Origin: Escherichia phage vB_EcoM_01
Direction: 5' to 3' (one strand)
Sequence record: PP129558
DNA length: 64,000 nt
Shown one piece after another: positions 37,035-46,461 of this stretch. The notes under the pieces are model-generated. The model did not search any database. It was not told the DNA's origin and saw only the letters and a program-made list of their open reading frames with translations. Position numbers and translations under genes: made by a program. How positions within the stretch are numbered: the stretch's first letter is position 1; each line of letters begins with the position of its first letter.

Positions 37035-39275
37035 TCACATCTTGCAAGCTTCACAACCACCATCAGAATCTTCTTGTGCTAAAGAGTCTGCTGATTTTGT
37101 TCTACTATTAAGGTAATACAATGATTTGCCACCCAGTCTAGCAAAATTCAAAATAAACTGCATCTCAGCTTTCACGGATAAACGTCCACCTACCAATTTA
37201 GAATAATCTAGCCAAGAATCACAAGAAATTCCTTGGTCAGTAAACTTGGTAAAGATACCATACATTTCTGCAAGGTCTTTAGCCGGAGTATCCCAGGCAG
37301 ATTGGTAGAACATTTTCAGTTTTTCGTAGTCTGGAACAATAAATAATACACTACCTTTCTGACTTTGTTTATACATAATGGTATCACGAACAGGATACAG
37401 AGAGTTAGTAGTATTGCTTACCAAACTGCTGGACTCATTAGGTGCAATAGCAGCCAATACACTGTTACGGATACCACCTTGTTCAATGATTTCAGCACGT
37501 AAGCCTTCCCAGTCCATTTTAAGATCAAAATTACCGATACTATCTACTGTTTTAGCATAAGTGTCAATTGGTAGCCAACCTTGAGGCCATTTGGTCTTAT
37601 CGATCCATTCTGCATTACCTTTTTCCTTAGCCAGACGCAGAGAGGCTTTTGCCAACCAGAAGTAATGACGTTCTGCAAGTTCATGCATTAATTTTTTAGC
37701 ATAAGCATCTGAATAATTTACAAAATTACTTGCCAAGTAATGCGCTAAGTTTGTAATGCCTACACCAATAGATCTACGTGCTTTAGCAGTTATTTCGTTA
37801 TGTTTAAATGGATAATCCATTGTTTCAATAACGTTGTCAATTGTCAATACAGTGTAGTATGCAACATCTTCATATTCTTCAGGTAATACACGACCAGCAA
37901 CAATAGAAGATAAGAAGCATAAAGCCAATTCTTGATCTTCTGTATTCTCACCAGTAAAGAGATCCGGCATACTGTGGAAAGCTTTAGTTGGTAAGAAGAT
38001 CTCTTGACACAGGTTTGATTGATACACCGTATCCAGGAAAGGTGTATGGTTGTTAACGTTGTCAGCAAAGAACATGTAAATACGTCCTGTTTCTGCACGT
38101 TGAACAATAATCTCTGTCAGAAGATCACGAGCCTTAACAAATTTTTTCTTAATGCGACGACGGCTTACTTTGTCATAAACTGCATCAAACTCTTCTTCAC
38201 TTTTATACAAAGCTTCATAAAGTTCTGGAGCATCATCACAACTAACTAACATCCAATCTTCGTTTTTTGCTGCTCGACGCAAGAATGAACGGTTAACAAC
38301 AATAGAATAATCCAGTTTGTCTACTCGTTTATCTATAGGTGTTGTTGGATTCTTCAGTCGAATCAGATCGTCGAAGTCTGGTTCAAGTATGGTAAAGGTA
38401 ACTGTAGCACTACCTCCACGGCTTGCTTGCTTCGAAGCTCCAACACTATCTTCCATCCATTTCAGATATGGAAGAAGACCACCATGAATAATACGATTAT
38501 TCTTAACACCTTGACCTGTGGCACGAGTTTGAAGATTAACACCAATACCTGCGTTATTTAACGTATACTCATGAGCTAAGTAATTAGCAATGGCTAAAGA
38601 CTCTGCTGTATCGTCTGCGCGGAATAAACAACAAGACGCACTTCCTTTGATTGGAGTTCGTAGAGTTGTCAGATACGGCGATGGCAGATTAATCTTAAGA
38701 TCGCTAACATAAGTATAAAGTTTTTTAATATCTTCTATACGGCGTTCTTTTGGTTGGATCTCCATAACCTTCATTGCGATACCAATGAAAAGAAACTGTG
38801 GAGACTCATGCACAACATCGTTTACTGCATCTCGAATAAGATATTTATCTACCATCTGACGTAAAACAGAATAACCATAAGTTAGATTTTTATTATGCTT
38901 TACAATCTTACCGATTTCTTTGATCTCTTCATCAGTATAATCCATTTTAGCCCAATGTCCACGTTCTACCATATCATGATAAAAGGTATTCAGTGAAGGG
39001 ATACTGTGGTATCCCCCATGAGCCTGTTTGTAAATCATACCCAGAAGAAGTCTTCCTGCCATATCACTGTAAGCTTGTGTTTTCTTGTCAATACACGCTG
39101 CAATCATTGCTTTATGCAGATCACGTGTAGACACACCGTCATAACACCGCTTCACAGCTTCTAATTCAATTTCAGACCAGTTTAGTTTACCTGCTGCAAA
39201 TTCAGACCACTTGCGAAGTTTTTCTGGATTAAACTCCTCTGTCTTACCGTTAGATTTAGTTACAAAACGAATCAA
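37035..39275 (-). CDS. nrdA: Ribonucleotide reductase large (alpha) subunit, class I
   Basis: 746 aa; multiple conserved Cys including C-terminal pair; context with nrdB and glutaredoxin. Confidence 0.8.
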   Translation of the reverse strand: MIRFVTKSNGKTEEFNPEKLRKWSEFAAGKLNWSEIELEAVKRCYDGVSTRDLHKAMIAACIDKKTQAYSDMAGRLLLGMIYKQAHGGYHSIPSLNTFYHDMVERGHWAKMDYTDEEIKEIGKIVKHNKNLTYGYSVLRQMVDKYLIRDAVNDVVHESPQFLFIGIAMKVMEIQPKERRIEDIKKLYTYVSDLKINLPSPYLTTLRTPIKGSASCCLFRADDTAESLAIANYLAHEYTLNNAGIGVNLQTRATGQGVKNNRIIHGGLLPYLKWMEDSVGASKQASRGGSATVTFTILEPDFDDLIRLKNPTTPIDKRVDKLDYSIVVNRSFLRRAAKNEDWMLVSCDDAPELYEALYKSEEEFDAVYDKVSRRRIKKKFVKARDLLTEIIVQRAETGRIYMFFADNVNNHTPFLDTVYQSNLCQEIFLPTKAFHSMPDLFTGENTEDQELALCFLSSIVAGRVLPEEYEDVAYYTVLTIDNVIETMDYPFKHNEITAKARRSIGVGITNLAHYLASNFVNYSDAYAKKLMHELAERHYFWLAKASLRLAKEKGNAEWIDKTKWPQGWLPIDTYAKTVDSIGNFDLKMDWEGLRAEIIEQGGIRNSVLAAIAPNESSSLVSNTTNSLYPVRDTIMYKQSQKGSVLFIVPDYEKLKMFYQSAWDTPAKDLAEMYGIFTKFTDQGISCDSWLDYSKLVGGRLSVKAEMQFILNFARLGGKSLYYLNSRTKSADSLAQEDSDGGCEACKM

Positions 39276-39291
39276 CTTCTCCTCCCTATTA

Positions 39292-39546
39292 TTAATGCAT
39301 ATTCAAAACATCTACATCATAACCGAACTTCATTTCATTAAAAAGTCCATTAGCATATAGAAAACCTTCAAAATGAGTTATGTCATCAAACCCTTTTGCT
39401 TTTGCTCGACGGTCTGCTTCTTGTCTTTTAGGAGATAAACGTTTTGAAGTGTCTAGAATTACAGTTACATTACAACCAACAGTTTCATCAAAATAGACTT
39501 CGATTTCACAGCCTTCATATTTATTATCAGTCATTGTCCCTCTCAT
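39292..39546 (-). CDS. Hypothetical protein
   Basis: ORF. Confidence 0.35.
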   Translation of the reverse strand: MRGTMTDNKYEGCEIEVYFDETVGCNVTVILDTSKRLSPKRQEADRRAKAKGFDDITHFEGFLYANGLFNEMKFGYDVDVLNMH

Positions 39547-39953
39547 TGATTAGTATCATCTGCTTTCGCAGGATCATAAGAGTTACCGAAATCATCCATC
39601 TTAATATGTGACGCACCCCAACCTGTAAATTCTTCATCACCAAAATGAAAAATATCATTTTCTTGGTAGATTCGTTTAAAACCACAATTAGGTGAAACAG
39701 GGAAAGTGAAAAGCGTTGTATTTGCAAACACTACTCGCTTATCGTTATTGCTTCGGATATTCACATTACGCTCAACAGAATAGTGTGAATCTTCAGCCAT
39801 ACCCAGCATTACAAGCGACGCTCTAATAACAGCATTTTGTTTCTCGTGTGGGATATTGCCATTGTGTTTATTTGATTCTAGTTTCCAGATAGGGGTAGAC
39901 ATTACAGTAGACATGCTTACGGTAGCCCAAGTTGTAGTATTTACTAATGACAT
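39543..39953 (-). CDS. Hypothetical protein in nucleotide-metabolism cluster
   Basis: ATG after AAGGAG RBS; no confident motif. Confidence 0.4.
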   Translation of the reverse strand: MSLVNTTTWATVSMSTVMSTPIWKLESNKHNGNIPHEKQNAVIRASLVMLGMAEDSHYSVERNVNIRSNNDKRVVFANTTLFTFPVSPNCGFKRIYQENDIFHFGDEEFTGWGASHIKMDDFGNSYDPAKADDTNQ

Positions 39954-40051
39954 ATTTTCTCCTTCATTTTGAATGGGAGGACTCACCTCCTCCCAGTATT
40001 GTGCTATATTATACTAAAACTAATACTAAAGTCAATAATTATTTAAACAGA

Positions 40052-41050
40052 TCACCATTTAGTATGATTTGTTAAAAGTTGACGATGTTGAATCCAGCCT
40101 TTGAAATTGCCAGACCAAAACTTACCATTACGATCTACATGGGTAATACCTGGTTCCCAAGAGTTAAAATCCCAAGGAGCATTGATAAACAAATCTTCAA
40201 AACAGTTCTCTCCATATTGTTCGCATGTTTCTTGCATTGGAGTCGCTTGATGTTCAAACGGAGAAGCATGAACCTTGCGCCCAGTCAGCAAACGACCATA
40301 GATATCTAAAGCTTTATCTTTAGTTGCATTTAAACGACGATAGCTAACCTGTGCACAACACGAAGCTGAAATAGCTTTGGCTTCTTCCAAAGTAAGCACA
40401 ACAACTTCTCCAGATTCATCTTGAACGTAGTATCCACCAAAAACAAAATGATCGTCACCTTCTGTGCCAATATTATCATAGAAATGGTCTACATAAGGTG
40501 TGTGCCATTGCCCTGGTTTCAGCACTTCTGGTGTAGATTCTTCATACTCTTTGTGCATCTCTTTAGCCAAAGCTTCGATAGTAGGATCGGCTTCTTTGTC
40601 ATCACGTAGCCACCAGAAATTTTCATATTCTGTTGCTGTCAGAACTGTTTTAATTCGTTGGAAAGGTTCCAGAAGACGGTTTGCAACTTGTTTGTGGTAC
40701 CCTGCCAAAGAGAATTCTTCTGCAAAACGTGCTGCACTAAGCGCGGCAAGATCCCACCACTCTTGAGCAGTATAACCTGCATCAATAAGAGCGTCATGAT
40801 CAACACCTTTATCCTGCATACCAGGTTGGTTAGCCCCAAAACGATAAGGACGAGCAGGTTGATTTCGCACCATTTCAATCAGTGTTTTAACAGGTATAGC
40901 ACGGCTAGAAGCAGCATTACGACTGAACAGGCGGTGAGTCATCAATTCTGAATGAATAATACGTGGATATTCTAGTTCAAAAGTTACAATCTCTTTTCCG
41001 TCTTCAGTGATGGAATGCGCAATAATACTAGCCGAAATCTGTTTTGTCAT
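40052..41050 (-). CDS. thyX: ThyX-like flavin-dependent thymidylate synthase (variant THR in place of RHR)
   Basis: ELMTHRLFSRNAASSRAIP resembles ThyX RHRxxxxxxxS signature; 332 aa is longer than typical. Confidence 0.55.
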   Translation of the reverse strand: MTKQISASIIAHSITEDGKEIVTFELEYPRIIHSELMTHRLFSRNAASSRAIPVKTLIEMVRNQPARPYRFGANQPGMQDKGVDHDALIDAGYTAQEWWDLAALSAARFAEEFSLAGYHKQVANRLLEPFQRIKTVLTATEYENFWWLRDDKEADPTIEALAKEMHKEYEESTPEVLKPGQWHTPYVDHFYDNIGTEGDDHFVFGGYYVQDESGEVVVLTLEEAKAISASCCAQVSYRRLNATKDKALDIYGRLLTGRKVHASPFEHQATPMQETCEQYGENCFEDLFINAPWDFNSWEPGITHVDRNGKFWSGNFKGWIQHRQLLTNHTKW

Positions 41051-41059
41051 TTTTTCTCC

Positions 41060-41668
41060 TTAGTTTTTAAAATTGTTCAAAGTGTTAAAAACATCCAAAC
41101 ATGTTAGCCACTGATCTTCTAAACCTGTGATCACAACATTTGGTTTTTTCTTTAGTTCTTCTAGATGGTTATCTTTATAAGGCGTATTAAAATATATTTT
41201 AACCACTTCATCTGGAAAATATAGTAGGTTATCAGCCCTGTCATCTATTGCTATATCACAAGGCAATAAATATTTTTCTTTCGTAGCAAAAAAGCCGTTG
41301 CCAGATCCTTTGCTAAAATCAATCGTATCTAATGTTCTTAAAACATGCTTATGTTTAGAACTTAAGTGACCACCTTTTGTCACACTTGCGATCAAAAGAT
41401 TGCTACCTTTTCTTGAAACATACTTTAAGAAATCTGGCATACCTGTAACAAAACCCATTGTATCATAGAGATGAGGATTATCCAGAAATCCGTAAGGATC
41501 TATGTTGAACTCTTCCCTGAAACCAGGAAAATAGTTGGTAAGATCGTAATCTGCATTTTTTGTGAATGTGTCGATTTTAACACCAAGTCCACTAATCTTA
41601 TTCAACCATTCTAACCAAGCAACATCTAATGGAGCCACAACTAAATCCCAATCACATACTATCTGCAT
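41060..41668 (-). CDS. HAD-superfamily phosphatase, possible 5'-deoxyribonucleotidase
   Basis: N-terminal VCDWDLV (DxD); context. Confidence 0.45.
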   Translation of the reverse strand: MQIVCDWDLVVAPLDVAWLEWLNKISGLGVKIDTFTKNADYDLTNYFPGFREEFNIDPYGFLDNPHLYDTMGFVTGMPDFLKYVSRKGSNLLIASVTKGGHLSSKHKHVLRTLDTIDFSKGSGNGFFATKEKYLLPCDIAIDDRADNLLYFPDEVVKIYFNTPYKDNHLEELKKKPNVVITGLEDQWLTCLDVFNTLNNFKN

Positions 41669-41704
41669 AAAACCTCCTCTCTCTTTTAGTATAGTTATCT
41701 TATA

Positions 41705-42280
41705 CTAACTTTCAATTTCCTGCAATAGGATTTTGACTATTTGTTTACGGCGTTTAGCTACTGTGCTTTCAGGTTCTATTTTACGCTTCTTCAACCAAGC
41801 TTTATCTTTCTTAGCTCTACACAAAGCTATCGCTTCTTTTTCAGCTTTTGCTTCTTCAAAAGATATGCCTTGCTTGTCTGCATAAGCAAGAATAGAGTTG
41901 CACAATTTACAAACCATGCGCAAATCTTCTTCTTTCACATAGATTAAACGGAAAACAAAAAGAGGAATATCATCAAAACATTGAAGTTGTTTTGCTGCGT
42001 GAATATGATCCACTTGGAAGTCTTTCATTCCTCCTCTATGTCCACATATTTCGCACTCACAATTCCAAACTTGTTTTGGTTTTCCAGTTTTCTTGTCTAT
42101 CATCACATTGCCGTCTTTATCTACGCGATCAACTTTAAAACGCCTTGCATTGATAACCTTAATTTTATTAGGGTGTCTCATCCATGCTTTTCTAAAACAT
42201 CCTCTAAGATAAGTATAAAATTCCGCTTGTGTTTTCCAGGGTGTTCCTTCACCCCACATTATTTTTGGTTCACCTGCCAA
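41705..42280 (-). CDS. HNH endonuclease (free-standing, homing-endonuclease-like)
   Basis: CECEICGH ... VDHIHA ... CKLCNS. Confidence 0.65.
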   Translation of the reverse strand: MAGEPKIMWGEGTPWKTQAEFYTYLRGCFRKAWMRHPNKIKVINARRFKVDRVDKDGNVMIDKKTGKPKQVWNCECEICGHRGGMKDFQVDHIHAAKQLQCFDDIPLFVFRLIYVKEEDLRMVCKLCNSILAYADKQGISFEEAKAEKEAIALCRAKKDKAWLKKRKIEPESTVAKRRKQIVKILLQEIES

Positions 42281-42329
42281 TATTGCTCACCTTTTTAGCT
42301 GTATATTCCCCTGGTGGGATATTGTGTTT

Positions 42330-42357
42330 AAAAAACAAAAGGCGGTCTAACCCCGCC
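42330..42357 (-). terminator. Rho-independent terminator on minus strand upstream of HNH gene
   Basis: AAGGCGG-GGTTAGA-CCGCCTT + T-rich on minus strand. Confidence 0.5.
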
Positions 42358-42447
42358 TTGCACATTGTTTCTGGAATAGTCAAAGTTAGTAAAAGTTTAT
42401 CACCTTTTCGGTTGAATATTTTATAAACTTCTCCTGCTCCATATTGT

Positions 42448-42849
42448 TTAGTATTGCTCGCCACTAATACGTTCCTTAAGTTGTTTAATAGCTTCAACTG
42501 CATCTACATAAGAAGAGTTATACATGTGTTTCAGTGCCACTCGGATTAAAGGATCTTTTGTGAAGAAATCAATAAGAAGCATAGCTTGATCATGTTTAGC
42601 TGCATTTGTCATAGATGGATAATTTTCACGAACCATATACGTGTTATTTTGCATAAGGGTTCTTTCTAGTTCGATACAATGAATAGCTTTATCTAGGTTA
42701 ATCTGACGTTCACCTTTAATACGTGTTGCGTATTTTGCCAATTTGCAAAAACAAGGTGTGCCACCAACCAAATAAGTTAGTTCGATAGGTTGCATTGCCA
42801 TTTTTGTGTAGTGATCACCGTCAACCTGATTATCAAAAGCATTAGACAT
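42448..42849 (-). CDS. Conserved phage protein of unknown function (GDHY motif)
   Basis: VDGDHYTKMAMQPIE N-terminal motif. Confidence 0.4.
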   Translation of the reverse strand: MSNAFDNQVDGDHYTKMAMQPIELTYLVGGTPCFCKLAKYATRIKGERQINLDKAIHCIELERTLMQNNTYMVRENYPSMTNAAKHDQAMLLIDFFTKDPLIRVALKHMYNSSYVDAVEAIKQLKERISGEQY

Positions 42850-43114
42850 AATTTTCCTCCTGAATTCCTACTGCGCCTTCTTCTGGGTAATCTGTATAAT
42901 AAGCTACCCTACCTTGATAGATAACATCACCATCATCATTGTAGATTGCTGTATCTTCTTGAATTGTTATTTTAACGTCAAGTAAATCGGGGTCTTTCTC
43001 GATGGTGTAGTTTAAACCTAACATTTCAAACAGTTCGAAAATTTCGTTACCTGTTAATGTAATGCTCATATTTCCTCCTTTTATTGTGGTTAGCAGAGTA
43101 TACACTAATATCAA
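42842..43114 (-). CDS. Hypothetical protein
   Basis: ORF. Confidence 0.4.
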   Translation of the reverse strand: MILVYTLLTTIKGGNMSITLTGNEIFELFEMLGLNYTIEKDPDLLDVKITIQEDTAIYNDDGDVIYQGRVAYYTDYPEEGAVGIQEENYV

Positions 43115-43155
43115 ATTTTTGTCAATAAAAAAGGGAGCAATAAGCTCCCTGATTA

Positions 43156-44115
43156 TTAGATTCCAATAATAGTTGCTGCTCGTTTATCTTTGGATCTGGT
43201 GTTTGCTCTACTACGTGACAAACCTCCACAAGATTCACAACGAATGATATCGAAAGAACTTACCGCAGTGTGGTATTGTTTACCAGTAACAACGTGAACG
43301 TGATCACTGCCACAACGAGAACAACGGACCTTCTCATCTGGGTAATAAGCGGATAAGTTAGGATGCTGTGGAATCCACGGAAGGATTTTCATATACAAAT
43401 CACGGAGCGAAACAACATCACCATCATTGTAAATCTGCATACGTTCAAAAGCATCACGATCACCTTCACAACATGCTTTCCATAAAGGGAACCCCTCGTT
43501 ATCCAGTTTTTCACTTTCTGTTTCGAAATATGCTCCCATTTCTTTAAGGGAATTGGAAGGAAGTGCAAATTGTTTCTTAGCTGCCTTCAATGTATCAACA
43601 ACTACATAATTAGAAGGAGGAGCCATATCGTGATATGCAAATCGTTGGTTAATGTATGCACGGTCAAACTTATATCCGTTGTGTGCCACAACTACATCTG
43701 CCTCATTCAGAAGGTTCCAAAGATCTTGGCAAAGCTCCCAATCATCTGTATGATCAATATCAAAAAGAGGATAAGAAGACAAGTTCTTACCTTCCACTTC
43801 ACCAGTATACAGGTCGGCAGAAGAGTAAGATAACAAATAACCCCTACGAATTACTTGATCTGGAGAAATGAAGGCTTTGAATCGACGGAAAGTATATGCA
43901 ATCTCTGGTGCAGTTTCAACATCAATAATTTTAATAACTGGTTGTTTCTTTTTAACTGGCTCTTGTTTACTTGCTCCGAATCGTGCAAGGAAATCGTTCA
44001 CTGTGCTTTTTCTTGTTGGACTACCTAAAACAATTGCTGCAATATTGCGAGAAGACATACCCTCTGCACTCATACTAAGGATATCTGCTTTCTGCTCTTC
44101 TGTTAATCTGCTCAC
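43156..44115 (-). CDS. DEDD-family 3'-5' exonuclease with N-terminal HTH-like region
   Basis: IIDVETA, VVAHNGYKFDR, YNDGDVV exo motifs; C-terminal Cys cluster. Confidence 0.6.
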   Translation of the reverse strand: MSRLTEEQKADILSMSAEGMSSRNIAAIVLGSPTRKSTVNDFLARFGASKQEPVKKKQPVIKIIDVETAPEIAYTFRRFKAFISPDQVIRRGYLLSYSSADLYTGEVEGKNLSSYPLFDIDHTDDWELCQDLWNLLNEADVVVAHNGYKFDRAYINQRFAYHDMAPPSNYVVVDTLKAAKKQFALPSNSLKEMGAYFETESEKLDNEGFPLWKACCEGDRDAFERMQIYNDGDVVSLRDLYMKILPWIPQHPNLSAYYPDEKVRCSRCGSDHVHVVTGKQYHTAVSSFDIIRCESCGGLSRSRANTRSKDKRAATIIGI

Positions 44116-45230
44116 TCTGCCTCCTGTTGCGAGATGTATGACTGAAGCATACTCTCAAATGTTGTATCGTCATTATCCCAGCGTTTCATGTATACCAACT
44201 GGAAAATTGTTTCTATCCATTCATCTGTTGTCATATGGACTTCTTCTCCATCCCAAGAAGTAAAATTAACACCATCTGGGAACCATGAGTAGTAAGTATC
44301 TTTAACTGTTTGGAAAAGTTCTGCTTGAGTTTTACAAGCTGAAAGAAGATTAAAACAAGTAATATCTCCGAACTTAATATCAAAATCTTGATAAGGTCGG
44401 ATACTATCTGTTTTATCTCCCATTAGCATCTGATATGCTAACCAGTAACTGCCCCAACCTTTAACTTCTTTCTTTTTACCTTTATCTACGATCCATATGT
44501 CGCCAATAGACTCGTCAATAAGAATTATATCTGGATTTTTAAATACTCCATCCTCTTTGTAGAAATTAAAAAGGATACTAGGAGTATGTAAACTATCTTT
44601 ATCTATAGATACAACGATATAAGAAAATTTACCCGTCCTTTTATAATCTTTATAACCTTGGAAACCATACTTCTCTAACTCATCATCAGCTTCTATTACA
44701 GTAACAACATCACCATTGTGGAACTCCACAAGATAATCTTTGGTTTCTGAAAGCTGGAGTGGTTTGATATCTAATCGTTCAGATTTATATTCTACAGGCA
44801 TTTTGAAGGCGTGTCTGAAAGTTTTTCCTACGCCAATAACTCCGCAATATTTTTCTAAACGTAGATGTTTTAGAATACCTAAGACTTTTGTTTTAGCTGC
44901 TTGGAAGGTGTGTCCGATATCTTCTGGCGGGTATTGCTTATCAATGATTTCGAACTCTTCCTTTGTGAAGGGACGTTTGTTTTTGGAGGCTCTTTCTGCA
45001 TTTGTATCTCCTAGCCAACCTCCAATTTTAGTCTTGCTTTTACCCCAAAACTCTGTCTTATTTTTAAATTCCTTTTGAGCACCTGAAGGGATGTGCTTCG
45101 CAATGATTGTTCTTTTCTCTAATGCAGACGCTGCTTGGAAAGCGATCTGATCGTAATCAATTGCAGCTATTGTTTCTTCGTTGACATATAAATGAAGATC
45201 TTCAGGTTTAATTAAAATATAACCGCTAAT
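44112..45230 (-). CDS. rnh: T4 RNase H-like 5'-3' exonuclease / flap endonuclease; start codon uncertain (no in-frame ATG/GTG/TTG upstream of 44801)
   Basis: IAAIDYDQIA and MGDKTDSI resemble T4 RNase H; ORF open to stop at 45240 with GGGGGG SD and in-frame ATT at 45230. Confidence 0.55.
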   Translation of the reverse strand: MSGYILIKPEDLHLYVNEETIAAIDYDQIAFQAASALEKRTIIAKHIPSGAQKEFKNKTEFWGKSKTKIGGWLGDTNAERASKNKRPFTKEEFEIIDKQYPPEDIGHTFQAAKTKVLGILKHLRLEKYCGVIGVGKTFRHAFKMPVEYKSERLDIKPLQLSETKDYLVEFHNGDVVTVIEADDELEKYGFQGYKDYKRTGKFSYIVVSIDKDSLHTPSILFNFYKEDGVFKNPDIILIDESIGDIWIVDKGKKKEVKGWGSYWLAYQMLMGDKTDSIRPYQDFDIKFGDITCFNLLSACKTQAELFQTVKDTYYSWFPDGVNFTSWDGEEVHMTTDEWIETIFQLVYMKRWDNDDTTFESMLQSYISQQEAE

Positions 45231-45243
45231 ATTTCCCCCCTAA

Positions 45244-45453
45244 TTATTCATCGTCATCCTCTGTTGAGAATGTTTTAGTATACGGACATTGACGACTTTT
45301 CGGGATTGCTATAACTTCATCTTGGTTAGCGTTAGAATAGTAGCAATATTTTGTATTGCCATTAACTTCAGAATCAGACAAGATTAAAGTAATTTGACCT
45401 GCTGCTACTGTGAAACTAAAAGCTAAAAGAACGACTGTCAGAATCTTTTTCAT
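45244..45453 (-). CDS. Small secreted protein with signal peptide
   Basis: MKKILTVVLLAFSFTVAAG N-terminus. Confidence 0.45.
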   Translation of the reverse strand: MKKILTVVLLAFSFTVAAGQITLILSDSEVNGNTKYCYYSNANQDEVIAIPKSRQCPYTKTFSTEDDDE

Positions 45454-45456
45454 AAC

Positions 45457-45490
45457 GCCTCCTAAAAAGCCTACCTCATTAAGTAGGTAG
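45457..45490 (-). terminator. Terminator-like hairpin on minus strand
   Basis: GCCTACCT ... AGGTAGGC + T-rich. Confidence 0.45.
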
Positions 45491-45525
45491 GCATAATATC
45501 ATAACTAATCCCGCAAGTCAAGAAC

Positions 45526-46404
45526 TTATTTAAGGATTGTTGCTTTGGTTAAATCTTCCATCAGACCTCGAATCTCATTGAAGCACAGAAGGACCGAAGC
45601 TTCAATACTACCTTCTTCGTCTGCAAAATATTTCGGAAAACGTAGTTTAGAAAGTTTAAACTCTTTATCCACTACAAAATCTACAACACCGTCATATTCA
45701 AGACCGATTGCAACAACATCTTTACCATCTTCTTTTAGTTCGACAGCTTTAGACTCGTATAGGGATTCTTTACTCCAAACAACAACGCCCTCGCTATCCT
45801 CCATTTTGATATAATTTCCGAGAGTAATACGATCTGCTTCGTGATTCTCCAGCAATTCACCAAAACCTTTCACAATAGCTTCTTCATGCACACTAAAACC
45901 TACCGAAGGGAAAGTCCCCAGAACGGAACGGAGGAAAGAAGTAATCTCTTCTGCAACCTTTTTACTTCCATTAAGAACATAAAGAAGATTCGTAGTTTTA
46001 TCCAGAACCACATAATTGAAGAAATCTTCCGGTTCGGTTTCTGGGAGCAGACCAAATTCAATATCAGCTTTCAGGACTTTCATGTCTTCTTTAGCTACAA
46101 AGAATTCTTGGCCTTGGCTTTCCATATCTACTCGAATTTCTTCCAGGCGTTCATTAAGAAGACGTTTAACTTTCTTCTTGTCAACTTTCTTAACAGATTG
46201 ACCAACCTGGAGGAGTTCCAGATCGGAGAACTCTTTTACGTATTTCCCATCATCTTCAAAACGAACCAGACCAATAGTATGGGCTTGAGATCCTTCGGCA
46301 GGTACAAAGTCAATCGGAAATTCGTTGAACTCGTTCAGAGACGCTACAGAAGCATTATCACCAGCAACCATCGGAAGTGCAGATTTAAAAGATTTAACGA
46401 ACAT
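45526..46404 (-). CDS. Hypothetical protein
   Basis: ORF. Confidence 0.4.
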   Translation of the reverse strand: MFVKSFKSALPMVAGDNASVASLNEFNEFPIDFVPAEGSQAHTIGLVRFEDDGKYVKEFSDLELLQVGQSVKKVDKKKVKRLLNERLEEIRVDMESQGQEFFVAKEDMKVLKADIEFGLLPETEPEDFFNYVVLDKTTNLLYVLNGSKKVAEEITSFLRSVLGTFPSVGFSVHEEAIVKGFGELLENHEADRITLGNYIKMEDSEGVVVWSKESLYESKAVELKEDGKDVVAIGLEYDGVVDFVVDKEFKLSKLRFPKYFADEEGSIEASVLLCFNEIRGLMEDLTKATILK

Positions 46405-46461
46405 ATATTTCCTCCTATTATTTAACTCTCACAATAACCGCCCCGAAGGGCGGCTTACAGA

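Noticed and set aside
39543-39953. dUTPase or dCTP deaminase assignment for the ORF next to the ThyX-like gene
   Set aside because: Context is suggestive, but no dUTPase or deaminase signature motif could be found by eye.
42270-42503. 77-aa ORF overlapping the HNH gene start and the upstream gene end
   Set aside because: No RBS, and it covers the minus-strand terminator at 42330-42357; probably spurious.
45526-46404. RdgC-like recombination-associated protein or sliding clamp
   Set aside because: Only size and acidic composition are compatible; no diagnostic motif.
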